A stretch of DNA of 64,000 nt from Candidatus Ozemobacteraceae bacterium (GCA_965140445.1 OZ223236.1:288001-352000), one strand, 5' to 3'; positions 48,797 to 57,890 are shown, counted from the first letter of the stretch. A program made the numbers and translations. The notes: a model not told the origin generated them from the letters alone.

Positions 48797-49555
48797 CTAT
48801 CGCCAATCGTATTGAATTACACTTGCCTGAGTCGGATTTTTGACCTCTTTACCTTCAAAAGTAACCTTATAAAATCCAGAAACTTTGATTCGTTTTCTAG
48901 GGTTACGTTTTGGGAAGACTTCAACCAGACCATTTTTTACTACAACTTCACCCTGGTCTTTTCGCCTATCGTAAATAATCTTAAAGAGGCCTGAGGCGCC
49001 CATAACAACGACGTCGCCAACCTCTACTTCTAATAAATCGCGGCCATCAAGAGCAATCGCAACAGTCAGTTCACCACTGACTAATTTGGCGGTCTCCTTT
49101 TCTATTTTGTTTTCTTTTTTTGCTAATTGGGGAGTGAAAACAGTCATTTCTGATTCCTCAGAAAGCTTTAGAACGTTTTCCAGTTGAAGCTGGACTTCAA
49201 CAGAAGATTTTTTTTCGGTTTTGAAAGAATATTCTTTATCAAAATCAAATTTCTTTTTCAGGTTATCCCAGACGCCAAGATCTCGGCACTTTACTTTTCC
49301 AGAATATTTGATGACTTTTGAAACCATTAATTCTTCGCGCTCTTTTTTAAACTCAAGCTGCGCAGATCTTTTCTGCATTACATTAATGAAGACAAAAATA
49401 AATACCACAGCAACAAAAGCAATAATACCAATTATCAGCTTTCTTTTATTCTCAGCCGCTTCTTGAACAGCTTTCGCTGCCTTTTCTCGCTCAATTTGTA
49501 ATTTTTTTAGAGCTCTATGATCTAGTTTTTCTAGTTGATGCCACTTTTTAGCCAT
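48797..49555 (-). CDS. Single-pass membrane protein with FecR-like beta domain
   Basis: One TM helix; FKTEKKSSVEVQL...LKLSEESEM...LVSGEL...VKNGLVEV resembles FecR. Confidence 0.6.
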   Translation of the reverse strand: MAKKWHQLEKLDHRALKKLQIEREKAAKAVQEAAENKRKLIIGIIAFVAVVFIFVFINVMQKRSAQLEFKKEREELMVSKVIKYSGKVKCRDLGVWDNLKKKFDFDKEYSFKTEKKSSVEVQLQLENVLKLSEESEMTVFTPQLAKKENKIEKETAKLVSGELTVAIALDGRDLLEVEVGDVVVMGASGLFKIIYDRRKDQGEVVVKNGLVEVFPKRNPRKRIKVSGFYKVTFEGKEVKNPTQASVIQYDWR

Positions 49556-49578
49556 GCTGTTGTAGTTTACCGATTATC

Positions 49579-50322
49579 CTAGAATGTATCAATACCCACC
49601 TGTGGTGTAGCCATTATTGAGTTTTCCTTGAAAACATTAACGTCTTTTGGGTATAGGGTATGTATTTTAACTGAAATTGGAAAAAAGTCCACCGGTTTTT
49701 CTGGAGGAATAGTTCCAGCAACAGAAAATTCAACGAATTCAACGTCTCTAACCAGCACCCTTTCACGGTTTCCCTTTTTCAATGGAGTTAGATTAAGTTT
49801 TCCAGATCTGGCATGATCATTTTTTGCGTCAGTCTTAAATGAAAATGCTTCAGACTTTATCCTGAGATTGCCAACTGGTCCTTTTTTAGTGCTTTGTCTA
49901 AAATCCAGATACAACTCATTTTTTACAATTTTGCCCGGTTCTGCAGGCGGTTTTTCCGGGTCACAGACCACCCAGCTCATAACTTTTATCTCACCTGCGG
50001 ATGGAGCAAAAATCTTTTCGCCATCCTTCAAAATTTTCATATAAAATTTTGCTGGCACAGAAATATCAGAGTTTTCACAAGGATCGTAGAAAGTATCAGA
50101 AAAAATAGTAGTTGGATAGGTTGAACTTCTAATTTCTTTGCTGAGCAAACTGAGGGTGTTCCTTAGTTCATCAACAGTTCCACTGATCCATTGCCCTCTT
50201 CCAGCGGTTTTACTTCCACCGATAAAGAGCTTGTACACACCGCTCATAAAAAGAGCCATTACAAAAACAGCTATCATAACCTCAACAAGGGTAAAAGCTC
50301 GGGAGCAATTCCTTCTTCTCAT
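49579..50322 (-). CDS. Prepilin-type N-terminal cleavage/methylation protein (PilW/GspJ-like)
   Basis: SRA|FTLVEVMIAV...LSLLSKEIRS. Confidence 0.85.
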   Translation of the reverse strand: MRRRNCSRAFTLVEVMIAVFVMALFMSGVYKLFIGGSKTAGRGQWISGTVDELRNTLSLLSKEIRSSTYPTTIFSDTFYDPCENSDISVPAKFYMKILKDGEKIFAPSAGEIKVMSWVVCDPEKPPAEPGKIVKNELYLDFRQSTKKGPVGNLRIKSEAFSFKTDAKNDHARSGKLNLTPLKKGNRERVLVRDVEFVEFSVAGTIPPEKPVDFFPISVKIHTLYPKDVNVFKENSIMATPQVGIDTF

Positions 50323-50324
50323 TT

Positions 50325-51194
50325 TTAAAGAACTCCCTTTCTTGTTATCTTCTGAACTTTCTTTTGAACCTGCTTGGTTATTTTGCCTTTAAAATCTTTC
50401 GCATAGCCTTCTACAAGGATTTCAATGGCTTCTTCTCCATATTTGCGGAGACCTTTTATTGATTGAATATTTACATCAAGCACCTGATAGCTCATGCTAT
50501 ATGGATAGCCATCCTCAACGGTAATATCAAAATCCTTAATTTTTTTGATTTTACCAGGGGCATTCATTTCAAGTATTGGTTGCAAATGACCGCCATCTTT
50601 TTCCATGTTGGTGCAATCACGAATAAAGAATGTCAGAAATTTTTGGGATTTCAATTCTGGTGGTGGCTTATTTGGGTTTAAATAACGATCGTCCGGGTCA
50701 GAGGCCGCAAGTCCAGGCGCAAGAAATCTATAATCCGGATTGTAGTAGCTTCCAAGTCTAATGAAAGCATCTTTTCCAGGCACAGGAAGATAAAAATACT
50801 TGGGTTTTCGGTCTGGGTCCAATTCCCTTTGCGGATAAACCCTAACGTAAACCTTTGGGTCTTCCTTCATTGGTTCAAAAACATTTCGACCCTTGTGATC
50901 AGTGCCTTCAAACTCAACAAAATTACACAAGGGATTCTTCCCCTGTTTTAGTTCAACTGCGTCATATAATTCGGTTGGAAAAAGCTTGGCTTTCACCAGA
51001 AAGTGCTGCATAGCAGCCCGGGCAGCGAAATAAGATTGCTTTTCCTGAATAGAAAGCTGGTTATGAGCAGCCGTATTCGATTGTCGATAAAGCATTGAAA
51101 CAAATAAAACCATCAAACAGAAAGAAAAGAAGAGAGCCACAACGATTGCAACTCCACGTCTACTTCGCGGGGTAAACATACTGATTTTGTTCAT
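50325..51194 (-). CDS. PilX/GspK-like minor pilin (no Glu+5)
   Basis: RRG|VAIVVALFF...QSYFAARAAMQH; paralog of 10343..11224. Confidence 0.75.
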   Translation of the reverse strand: MNKISMFTPRSRRGVAIVVALFFSFCLMVLFVSMLYRQSNTAAHNQLSIQEKQSYFAARAAMQHFLVKAKLFPTELYDAVELKQGKNPLCNFVEFEGTDHKGRNVFEPMKEDPKVYVRVYPQRELDPDRKPKYFYLPVPGKDAFIRLGSYYNPDYRFLAPGLAASDPDDRYLNPNKPPPELKSQKFLTFFIRDCTNMEKDGGHLQPILEMNAPGKIKKIKDFDITVEDGYPYSMSYQVLDVNIQSIKGLRKYGEEAIEILVEGYAKDFKGKITKQVQKKVQKITRKGVL

Positions 51195-52096
51195 TATATA
51201 TCCCCCTTGATAGTCATAAGATGTATTCTTTGCGTATTTGCAGAATTTTCTTCTGGTTTTGTGAACAACTTTTTATCCAGATTCCATTGAATCTGAACAA
51301 TTAAACGCTTCATACAGCAATGAGCGAATTCTTCTGGTGCATCATAAGGAAGCTTTTCAGTAACAATCTGTTGAGTATATCTTACCCCAGTTGGGTTAAC
51401 AAACCTTGGCGCATCGGGAGAAAGCCCAGAGGTTCCCTCATCCAGATAAACATTATCCGGTGGTTCAGCCACGCCAGTGCTTCCATTGCCAAGATCAAGT
51501 TCGTGAACTGGTTTTCCGCCTTCAGTAAGGGTCTTATATGTCTGACACCACTCACCATCAGAAATAATATCTGGATTTTTAAGATAAGCAAAAGTCAGAT
51601 TCTTGCTTTCAGAAAAATTTGCAGGCTTTCCATCCGGAAAGCCTGACCCAATTTTTACTTTATCAGGCTTTGAAGAATTGCCAACCGATGGCACGTCTTC
51701 AACCTTTAGATGCACAAGATAGTGAATTCCTCTGGCGTCAGTTATTATTCCACGACACGGATACCCGCTTCCCTCTTTGTTTGAGCCAGGGAAGAGCATC
51801 TTAGCCAGTTTTTTTGCCCATGCTGCGTTATACTGCTTGAATTCAGAGCCTTTCAAGTCGTCTGACCTTAAAAAGCCTGGATTTCCTTGTCTTACAGCTG
51901 CAAAAGGAACACTATCAATCAAGGTATTTAGAATTTCAGTGGCTTTATTGATAGCAAAAGCCTGGGATGCATTTCTCTCTGTATCCACAGTGCTTCCGGT
52001 CATAAGACCGAATAGTGGGATCATTGCCACAGCCATAATTGCAACTGCAACAACAATTTCAAGAAAAGTTACACCTTTTCGTTTTTGCCAAGCCAT
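51194..52096 (-). CDS. Prepilin-type minor pilin (PilV/GspI-like)
   Basis: RKG|VTFLEIVVAVAI; paralog of 9418..10350. Confidence 0.83.
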   Translation of the reverse strand: MAWQKRKGVTFLEIVVAVAIMAVAMIPLFGLMTGSTVDTERNASQAFAINKATEILNTLIDSVPFAAVRQGNPGFLRSDDLKGSEFKQYNAAWAKKLAKMLFPGSNKEGSGYPCRGIITDARGIHYLVHLKVEDVPSVGNSSKPDKVKIGSGFPDGKPANFSESKNLTFAYLKNPDIISDGEWCQTYKTLTEGGKPVHELDLGNGSTGVAEPPDNVYLDEGTSGLSPDAPRFVNPTGVRYTQQIVTEKLPYDAPEEFAHCCMKRLIVQIQWNLDKKLFTKPEENSANTQRIHLMTIKGDI

Positions 52097-52108
52097 CTTA
52101 TATCCTTT

Positions 52109-53416
52109 TTACAGAAGTTCTGAAGCCAAAGCTGATAATGACGAACGCTCAGATTTATGGAGAATAATGTGTCCAAAAAGTTCATGATCCTTGAATTTTT
52201 CAATAACAAAGTTCAAACCATTTGAAGAACTATCGAGATATGGATTATCAATCTGATATGGATCACCAGTTAATACGACTTTAGTGCCTTCTCCGGCACG
52301 ACTTATTATTGTTTTTACTTCATGCGGAGTTAAGTTCTGCGCTTCATCCACGATCAGGAACTGTTTTGGAATACTTCTACCGCGAATGTAAGTAATCGCT
52401 TCAATTTGGACTTTCTGTGACTCAATAAGGAATCTGATCTTCTTATCAACATCGTCAGAATTCTTGTAAAGTCTGTCCATTACAAATTCAAGGTTATCAA
52501 AAATAGGCTGCATCCAATGACTTAACTTTTCATCCTTTGAGCCTGGTAAGAAACCTATATCCTTTCCTAATGGCATGATAGGTCTACTTACAAGAAGTTT
52601 TCTGAAAAGGTGCTCGTCAATCGTCTTTTGCAATCCGCAAGCCAGAGCAAGCAGAGTTTTTCCGGTACCAGCCCTTCCCACAAGAGTTACTAGCTGAATT
52701 TCGTTACAAAGCAACAATTCAATAGCAAACTTTTGCTGAAGGTTGAGGGCTTCTACTCCCCATGGTTTTGACTGAAGATGGAACAAAGGAAGCAGTTTCT
52801 TTTGGATACCATCATATTTGGCCAGAGAAGTTTTATTTTCATTTTCGGCCGCTTTTAAAAGAACAAACTCGTTCTTGAAAAGATCGTTTTGCTCATAAGG
52901 TAAACCTTCATCTCTGATAAAGCTCTCAATATCCTTAACCGGCATAACCAGTTCACGCCAGCCAGAGTATAACTCGTCGATATCAACCTTATTGGTTTCA
53001 AAATCTTCGGTCTGAATGCCGAGAGCGTCTGCCTTGATACGACAGTTTATATCCTTACTGATGAGGTAAACGTCTTTTCCCTGTTCTTTAAGAGAATAAG
53101 CGCATGCAAGAATTCTATTGTCAACCTTCTGATTATCAAAGCCAAAGGGGATCTTGATTTCACTGTCGATCAAGATCTGCAAACTGCCTCCGCCAGGAAG
53201 TTCTACACCCTGGTTTAGCTGACCCTTATGTCTTAAATTATCTAACTCCCTTGAGGCTTGGCGAGCTTCACGTCCGCGCTCGTCATTGTGTCCTTTAAAT
53301 CGGTCCAACTCTTCAATTACGCCGAGAGGAATAACAACATCGTTTTCCTTAAAGGAAAAAAGCGATTGATGACTGTGCAATATAACGTTGGTATCCACCA
53401 CAAAGGTTTTTTTCAT
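52109..53416 (-). CDS. PIN-PhoH family protein (PhoH2)
   Basis: PIN VVDTNV; GRAGTGKT; GFLPG; YIRGRS; DEAQN; GDPYQID. Confidence 0.95.
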   Translation of the reverse strand: MKKTFVVDTNVILHSHQSLFSFKENDVVIPLGVIEELDRFKGHNDERGREARQASRELDNLRHKGQLNQGVELPGGGSLQILIDSEIKIPFGFDNQKVDNRILACAYSLKEQGKDVYLISKDINCRIKADALGIQTEDFETNKVDIDELYSGWRELVMPVKDIESFIRDEGLPYEQNDLFKNEFVLLKAAENENKTSLAKYDGIQKKLLPLFHLQSKPWGVEALNLQQKFAIELLLCNEIQLVTLVGRAGTGKTLLALACGLQKTIDEHLFRKLLVSRPIMPLGKDIGFLPGSKDEKLSHWMQPIFDNLEFVMDRLYKNSDDVDKKIRFLIESQKVQIEAITYIRGRSIPKQFLIVDEAQNLTPHEVKTIISRAGEGTKVVLTGDPYQIDNPYLDSSSNGLNFVIEKFKDHELFGHIILHKSERSSLSALASELL

Positions 53417-53458
53417 TAAATTTTATTACCACCTTAGAATTAGGCTTATAGCAGTTTG

Positions 53459-53488
53459 AAGTTAGCACAGGGTTAGAGCCAATGTCAA
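53459..53488 (-). promoter_or_regulatory. sigma70-type promoter for the phoH2-pilin-uvrA-radA gene string
   Basis: TTGACA-18 nt-TAACTT with TG extension. Confidence 0.55.
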
Positions 53489-53607
53489 ACCTGGCCATGA
53501 AGGAAAAGCCGTACAGGTTTTCTTGTACAGCCTGCTCTGGTATTAAGTTAAGCCTTTTTCATTTTTATCAAATTGAGCATTGAACAAAAAATTAGTTATT
53601 TTCAGGG

Positions 53608-53635
53608 TAAAGTATTCGCAAAGTTCTTCCGATAG
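53608..53635 (+). promoter_or_regulatory. sigma28-like promoter upstream of the LysM-barrel gene
   Basis: TAAA-16 nt-TCCGATAG. Confidence 0.4.
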
Positions 53636-53704
53636 CAGATATTGGAAAATTGTCTTTCCAGCGCTTAAAAAAGTGCAATCTAGTATTGAAGGGACGGTAG
53701 TTCC

Positions 53705-55036
53705 ATGAAAAAACGGCATCGAACATACCTGCTAGCTTTGATGATGCTTGTCGGCATCAACTCAATCGCCTCTGCGCAAAACTTCTATGAACAAGTTGAA
53801 CCAGAAGGGTATTCGCTTGCTCCACCATACCAGGAGCAAACTTTGTATAACAGCAATAATCTTCCATCCATAAACGCTGATAGTAGTTGGGTTGAAGAAG
53901 AGAGTCTTCCAGTTGGTTACCAGACCTACACAGTTAGAAAAGGTGACACCTTAGGCTCTATTTCTAAAAAGATTTTTGGCTCCAGCAAATACTGGAGGAA
54001 AATCGCCGCAGCTAACAACATAACCGACCCAAGCAGAATGAAAGTTGGTCAGTTACTTGAAATACCTTCAACGGAAAGATCTCAGGGTTCCGGGGTAATA
54101 TATCGTCAGCGGGTGAGACATGTTGCAAATCCTCCAGTTAGTCAACCCATACCAGAAATTAGAACAGCTCCAGCCCCTTCATTGCCTTTGCCACCTGTAA
54201 CTCAGAGTGATGATGCCGTTTTATACTCTGATGCTGGTCTTCCGCAAATAATTCTTCCAGGGGAAAAGCCAAAAAAGAAAAAGAACTCGGATAATCACGT
54301 AAACTTTAATGGATTAACGGGTTTGGTTCATACATTTGCCGCCTACCCTTTGGGTGAGAATATGTTCTCAACTGCTTTTGGCGTAGTTTGGAACAAGATT
54401 ACCAAACGTGAAGGAGCAAGATTGCAAAGCGGAGAAGATGCTGATTATTGGGAATTTCCAATGCTCATGACTTATTCCGGTGAAAATTTCGAGGTAGCTT
54501 TCAAGCTTCCATTTGAATCTTATGATGTTTTTGCTCCAATAACCTACAACTTCAGAGATGGAACCGACTCTGGAATGGGTGATGCATCATTAAGACTGAA
54601 ATTTTCTTCTCAAAACGACAATATGGCTTCTTGTCTTGGAATTGGTGCCATCTTTCCAACTAGTGATATCACTATTGGAAACACTGAAAATGACAACGCC
54701 TGGGAAGTATTTGCAGGTATTTCGAGCAAGAAAAAAGAAGGCGGGAACTTCCATCTTAATGGCGGTTATCAGGCCGGTGACGGGAACACAACCCACGAAG
54801 GCATCTTTGTAAATGCCGGTTTTGGATATGATCCAAACGAATCTTTTACTTTCATTGGTGAGTTAAATTTCTACAACAGAATTAATAGCGGTAGAAGCAC
54901 CGATTTAACTCTTGCAATGCGATATCATGTAAAAGAGGGAATGTCACTTACACTTGCAACTCCAATTGCACTTAGCAATGACATGTTTTTTGGCTATGAT
55001 TACAGACTTGAAGGAATGCTACAGTATCACTATTAA
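53705..55036 (+). CDS. LysM domain + Pro-rich linker + putative outer-membrane beta-barrel
   Basis: YTVRKGDTLGSIS...NNITDPSRMKVGQLLEIP; C-terminal amphipathic strands (GMGDASLRLKF) ending in an aromatic residue. Confidence 0.8.
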   Translation: MKKRHRTYLLALMMLVGINSIASAQNFYEQVEPEGYSLAPPYQEQTLYNSNNLPSINADSSWVEEESLPVGYQTYTVRKGDTLGSISKKIFGSSKYWRKIAAANNITDPSRMKVGQLLEIPSTERSQGSGVIYRQRVRHVANPPVSQPIPEIRTAPAPSLPLPPVTQSDDAVLYSDAGLPQIILPGEKPKKKKNSDNHVNFNGLTGLVHTFAAYPLGENMFSTAFGVVWNKITKREGARLQSGEDADYWEFPMLMTYSGENFEVAFKLPFESYDVFAPITYNFRDGTDSGMGDASLRLKFSSQNDNMASCLGIGAIFPTSDITIGNTENDNAWEVFAGISSKKKEGGNFHLNGGYQAGDGNTTHEGIFVNAGFGYDPNESFTFIGELNFYNRINSGRSTDLTLAMRYHVKEGMSLTLATPIALSNDMFFGYDYRLEGMLQYHY

Positions 55037-55050
55037 TAGTTAAAACACTC

Positions 55051-55092
55051 AAAAAAAAGCTGTTTCTCAGAACTGGGAAACAGCTTTTTTTT
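55051..55092. terminator. Bidirectional intrinsic terminator
   Basis: A8-GCTGTTTCTCAG-aa-CTGGGAAACAGC-T8 between convergent genes. Confidence 0.9.
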
Positions 55093-55133
55093 ATAGGATT
55101 TCCTTGAAATAATCCCGGTTAACTGAAAATTCT

Positions 55134-55661
55134 CTAAAAATCTAATGTTCTATTTTTAGGCTTATCTGGAGGCCATTTAATTCTTTTTTTTGATTTAGAG
55201 CTTATAAAAATTTTGCTTAGAATTTCAATTGTTAAAGAATGAATTCCTGGCCTTTCGCTTTCTCTTGGACCGGCAATATTAATTATTTTTGGCTTCTGTT
55301 GATCAAGCCACACCAGAATAGATTCTATCTTTTCTTCTCCACTCAGATCATAGCAAAACCATGATTTGCAATACTTTTGTGCACTTTCTCTGGTTAGCAA
55401 AGTCCCGCCAGACAGCTCCTTAAAATAGAAAATGAGGGTAGCATCAGAATCTTTAACGTTTTTTCTGGTTCTTTGAGGATATTGTCTGCCAGAAGTTTCT
55501 ATCAAAGGATAGGACTCAGGAATTTCAATATCTTCGGACCTTCTACCAGCCGGACACCAACCACCGACCGGGATGCCAGACATGTGAGCAAAATCTAAAG
55601 CAGCTCTATCCACGCCTGTTTGCCCGCCAGAGATAATGAATTTTATGGGAAATTTCTTCAT
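55134..55661 (-). CDS. SLOG-superfamily putative molybdenum-carrier/cpYpsA-like protein
   Basis: IISGGQTGVDRAALD, RTRKNVKDSDATL and NIAGPRES; probable start ATG 55661 (the track's upstream extension overlaps the next gene). Confidence 0.88.
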   Translation of the reverse strand: MKKFPIKFIISGGQTGVDRAALDFAHMSGIPVGGWCPAGRRSEDIEIPESYPLIETSGRQYPQRTRKNVKDSDATLIFYFKELSGGTLLTRESAQKYCKSWFCYDLSGEEKIESILVWLDQQKPKIINIAGPRESERPGIHSLTIEILSKIFISSKSKKRIKWPPDKPKNRTLDF

Positions 55662-55695
55662 AAGTGTTTGTTCAAATATTATATTACATTTGAAA

Positions 55696-56178
55696 TTAAA
55701 TTGCTCTCTGAGCAAGAATTGCACTTTGGTATGCAAATCGTTTAGCAGGTATCTTAAATTCTGAAATTGGTGGAAGCTCCTCTTTTTCAAATAATTCGTT
55801 AAGCAAATACAGCCTGTTTGCATGAATACTTGTCATTCTAAACCAAAGCTCTTTTCTGGTGTCGTAATCTGCCAATCTGAAGAGTTCGCATAACAACTCA
55901 GAATTCCCGGTAAAAACAAAAGTATCAAGACTATAGCAAGCAGTGTTTATGGCATTTTCTTCTTTTGAGCCAATAAAAGTGAGCACCCAGACATCATGAG
56001 GACAAACCTGCAAAATGTTTTTCTGTATGCAATCTGAGCAATAACCATTTGAGTCCTTTGGGACTCCGCAAATTGGGAGACGGCAACGAAACAGCTTCTG
56101 AGCGACGTTTATAGAGTTTTCTGGAATGAGGCTCTTAAAGCTTTGTTTTCTAAGAAAACATTTGCTACAACACATCAT
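55696..56178 (-). CDS. Cys-rich hypothetical protein (paralog B)
   Basis: MMCCSKC...CRLPICG...CSDC...C; overlaps the stop of its upstream paralog; SD GGAGGTG. Confidence 0.7.
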   Translation of the reverse strand: MMCCSKCFLRKQSFKSLIPENSINVAQKLFRCRLPICGVPKDSNGYCSDCIQKNILQVCPHDVWVLTFIGSKEENAINTACYSLDTFVFTGNSELLCELFRLADYDTRKELWFRMTSIHANRLYLLNELFEKEELPPISEFKIPAKRFAYQSAILAQRAI

Positions 56179-56669
56179 ATGGCTTCACCTCCATTGTTCG
56201 CGAACATAAACCCACGGGTTATCTCATATCTGTTTCCGCTATATGGGTTGGCAACAATTGCTTGCAGATACTTGTCTGACCGGGTTCCCATTTCAAATGT
56301 ATTTTCTATTGGCAGCAATCCGAGAGCCTTAAAAACCGGATTTAGAAGCCAAATGCTTTTTGGCTCAAAATCAACCAGGTGTTCGTAGAAACTCTTTCGA
56401 AGGTATTCTGGTGCAGCATGAAAAAGCGATAAAAGTAGCCCTCTATCTCCGCTTTTCAAAGCTGTTTTGAAAGTTTCAAAAGCCAATTTTATAGCAATTG
56501 GGTTTCTTTGATACAAGCGCTGAATAACAAAATAATCTTGATTACATCTGCTTAGAATTGATTTGGAACAATTACTATCTTTGCAGTCATTTCCGCAAAT
56601 AGGATTGTTACAAACGTCTTTTATAGAACCTTTTGTCGGATGAAACGGGCACTTATTACAACACATCAT
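56175..56669 (-). CDS. Cys-rich hypothetical protein (paralog A)
   Basis: MMCCNKC...CNNPICG..C....C...C; SD GAGGT. Confidence 0.7.
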   Translation of the reverse strand: MMCCNKCPFHPTKGSIKDVCNNPICGNDCKDSNCSKSILSRCNQDYFVIQRLYQRNPIAIKLAFETFKTALKSGDRGLLLSLFHAAPEYLRKSFYEHLVDFEPKSIWLLNPVFKALGLLPIENTFEMGTRSDKYLQAIVANPYSGNRYEITRGFMFANNGGEAI

Positions 56670-56739
56670 TTTTTTATACCTCGGGCTTGTTTTTAAGAGA
56701 TCAAATCAAAAGTGCCTTTGGGGAATTTTTTTTTATCCA

Positions 56740-56768
56740 TTGAAATCATTTTTTTTTATGGCTAAAAT
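56740..56768 (+). promoter_or_regulatory. sigma70-type promoter for 56800..57831
   Basis: TTGAAA-17 nt-TAAAAT. Confidence 0.6.
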
Positions 56769-56799
56769 ATTTGTAGATAAGAATTGAGAGGAAACGTTT

Positions 56800-57831
56800 A
56801 TGGATAAGGAAATTCTGGAGCTTTCTATTTTTGATTTCATAAAAAAACCTTCTGCAGAAAACAGCTTTAAAATAATTAAAAACTGCAAAGCTTTTATAAT
56901 TGGGCAGGTTTCAAAGTGGAAAAACCCGGATCTTTCGCCTCAGGACAAAATTAAAGAGTTAATGAGTGAAATGTTTCTTGTCTTAATGGAGGACTTTTCA
57001 GCGGAAAGACTAAATAACCCAAAAGGTCTCCTGTCTTACCTTAAATTGAAAATGAGAAGGCTAACCCGCCCTTATATGCAAAAAAGCGTAAGTTTTGGTC
57101 TTTCAAGCGATTTTGAAGATTTGGGAAGATGCAATTTTAATGCTTCCAGACACGACCTGATGATGGAAGTCGTTGAGTGTGTCCGAGCCTCAATTAAGTC
57201 TGAAAGTAAACCAGAAGTAGCGTACCTTGAATTTCTGTTTATTCACGTTTTTCCTGAATTAGCATGGATTTCCAGATTTGCAGCCAAACAAAAAAATGAG
57301 GAATTAAGTAAGCGGATTGAAAAAGACAAAAAACGCCACCAGGCATTCAATAACAGCCTTCGACATAATCTGTGCAATCTGAATCATGGACACTGGCAGG
57401 AAATTCTCGACTGGTCTCCCGGAGAAAGAAACCACCTAGCCTGGAAGATTAGTGAAATTTCCCCAAAAGACGTCTCACCAGGCATCGAAGACAGGCTCAA
57501 AAAGCTGGACGATTGGCGATCTTCGTTTTGCCCTTCCGATGAACAGAGCATTGAAAATTTTAAGAATGCATATGAAATACTTAAGGCAATGAAACAGGTT
57601 CCCAATGATAAATTCACATACATGGCAGCTGAAAACGCTGCAACCTATGGAGAAGGCGAAAACATTTTGAATCAACTACTTGCGCCTTTAAGCCTTAAGG
57701 TTGCATCAGAAGCGGTCATGGAAGGCAATGCAAACTACGAAACAAAAGACAACCTGGATGGTGCGTTTGAAAAGGCCAAAGAAGAAATTGAAAGCTGGTT
57801 GGCTGAATTTTTGAAGGAAAAAAACATTTAA
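56800..57831 (+). CDS. Hypothetical protein with N-terminus weakly resembling ECF sigma region 2
   Basis: 343-aa ORF with SD GAGG; ELMSEMFLVL...LLSYLKLKMRR. Confidence 0.65.
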   Translation: MDKEILELSIFDFIKKPSAENSFKIIKNCKAFIIGQVSKWKNPDLSPQDKIKELMSEMFLVLMEDFSAERLNNPKGLLSYLKLKMRRLTRPYMQKSVSFGLSSDFEDLGRCNFNASRHDLMMEVVECVRASIKSESKPEVAYLEFLFIHVFPELAWISRFAAKQKNEELSKRIEKDKKRHQAFNNSLRHNLCNLNHGHWQEILDWSPGERNHLAWKISEISPKDVSPGIEDRLKKLDDWRSSFCPSDEQSIENFKNAYEILKAMKQVPNDKFTYMAAENAATYGEGENILNQLLAPLSLKVASEAVMEGNANYETKDNLDGAFEKAKEEIESWLAEFLKEKNI

Positions 57832-57890
57832 GCCTAATAATTTGTACCTAAATGTTAGTATGAATCAAAGCTAAATCAGGGAGTCATAAC

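Noticed and set aside
362..53470. TTAGCACA upstream of both hpf (362) and phoH2 (53462) as a CIRCE/HrcA site
   Set aside because: Only a partial half-site, with no GAGTGCTAA arm 9 nt away. It is the reverse complement of an extended -10 element (TGTGCTAA).
55662..55823. N-terminal extension of the SLOG ORF, suggesting a fusion or frameshift with the Cys-rich gene
   Set aside because: The domain is complete from ATG 55661, and the extension is an open frame overlapping the upstream gene.
56726..56757. Two T9 runs, one within the promoter spacer of 56800..57831, as phase-variable tracts
   Set aside because: A/T runs of this length are common in the AT-rich intergenic DNA here, and a single sequence gives no evidence of length variation.
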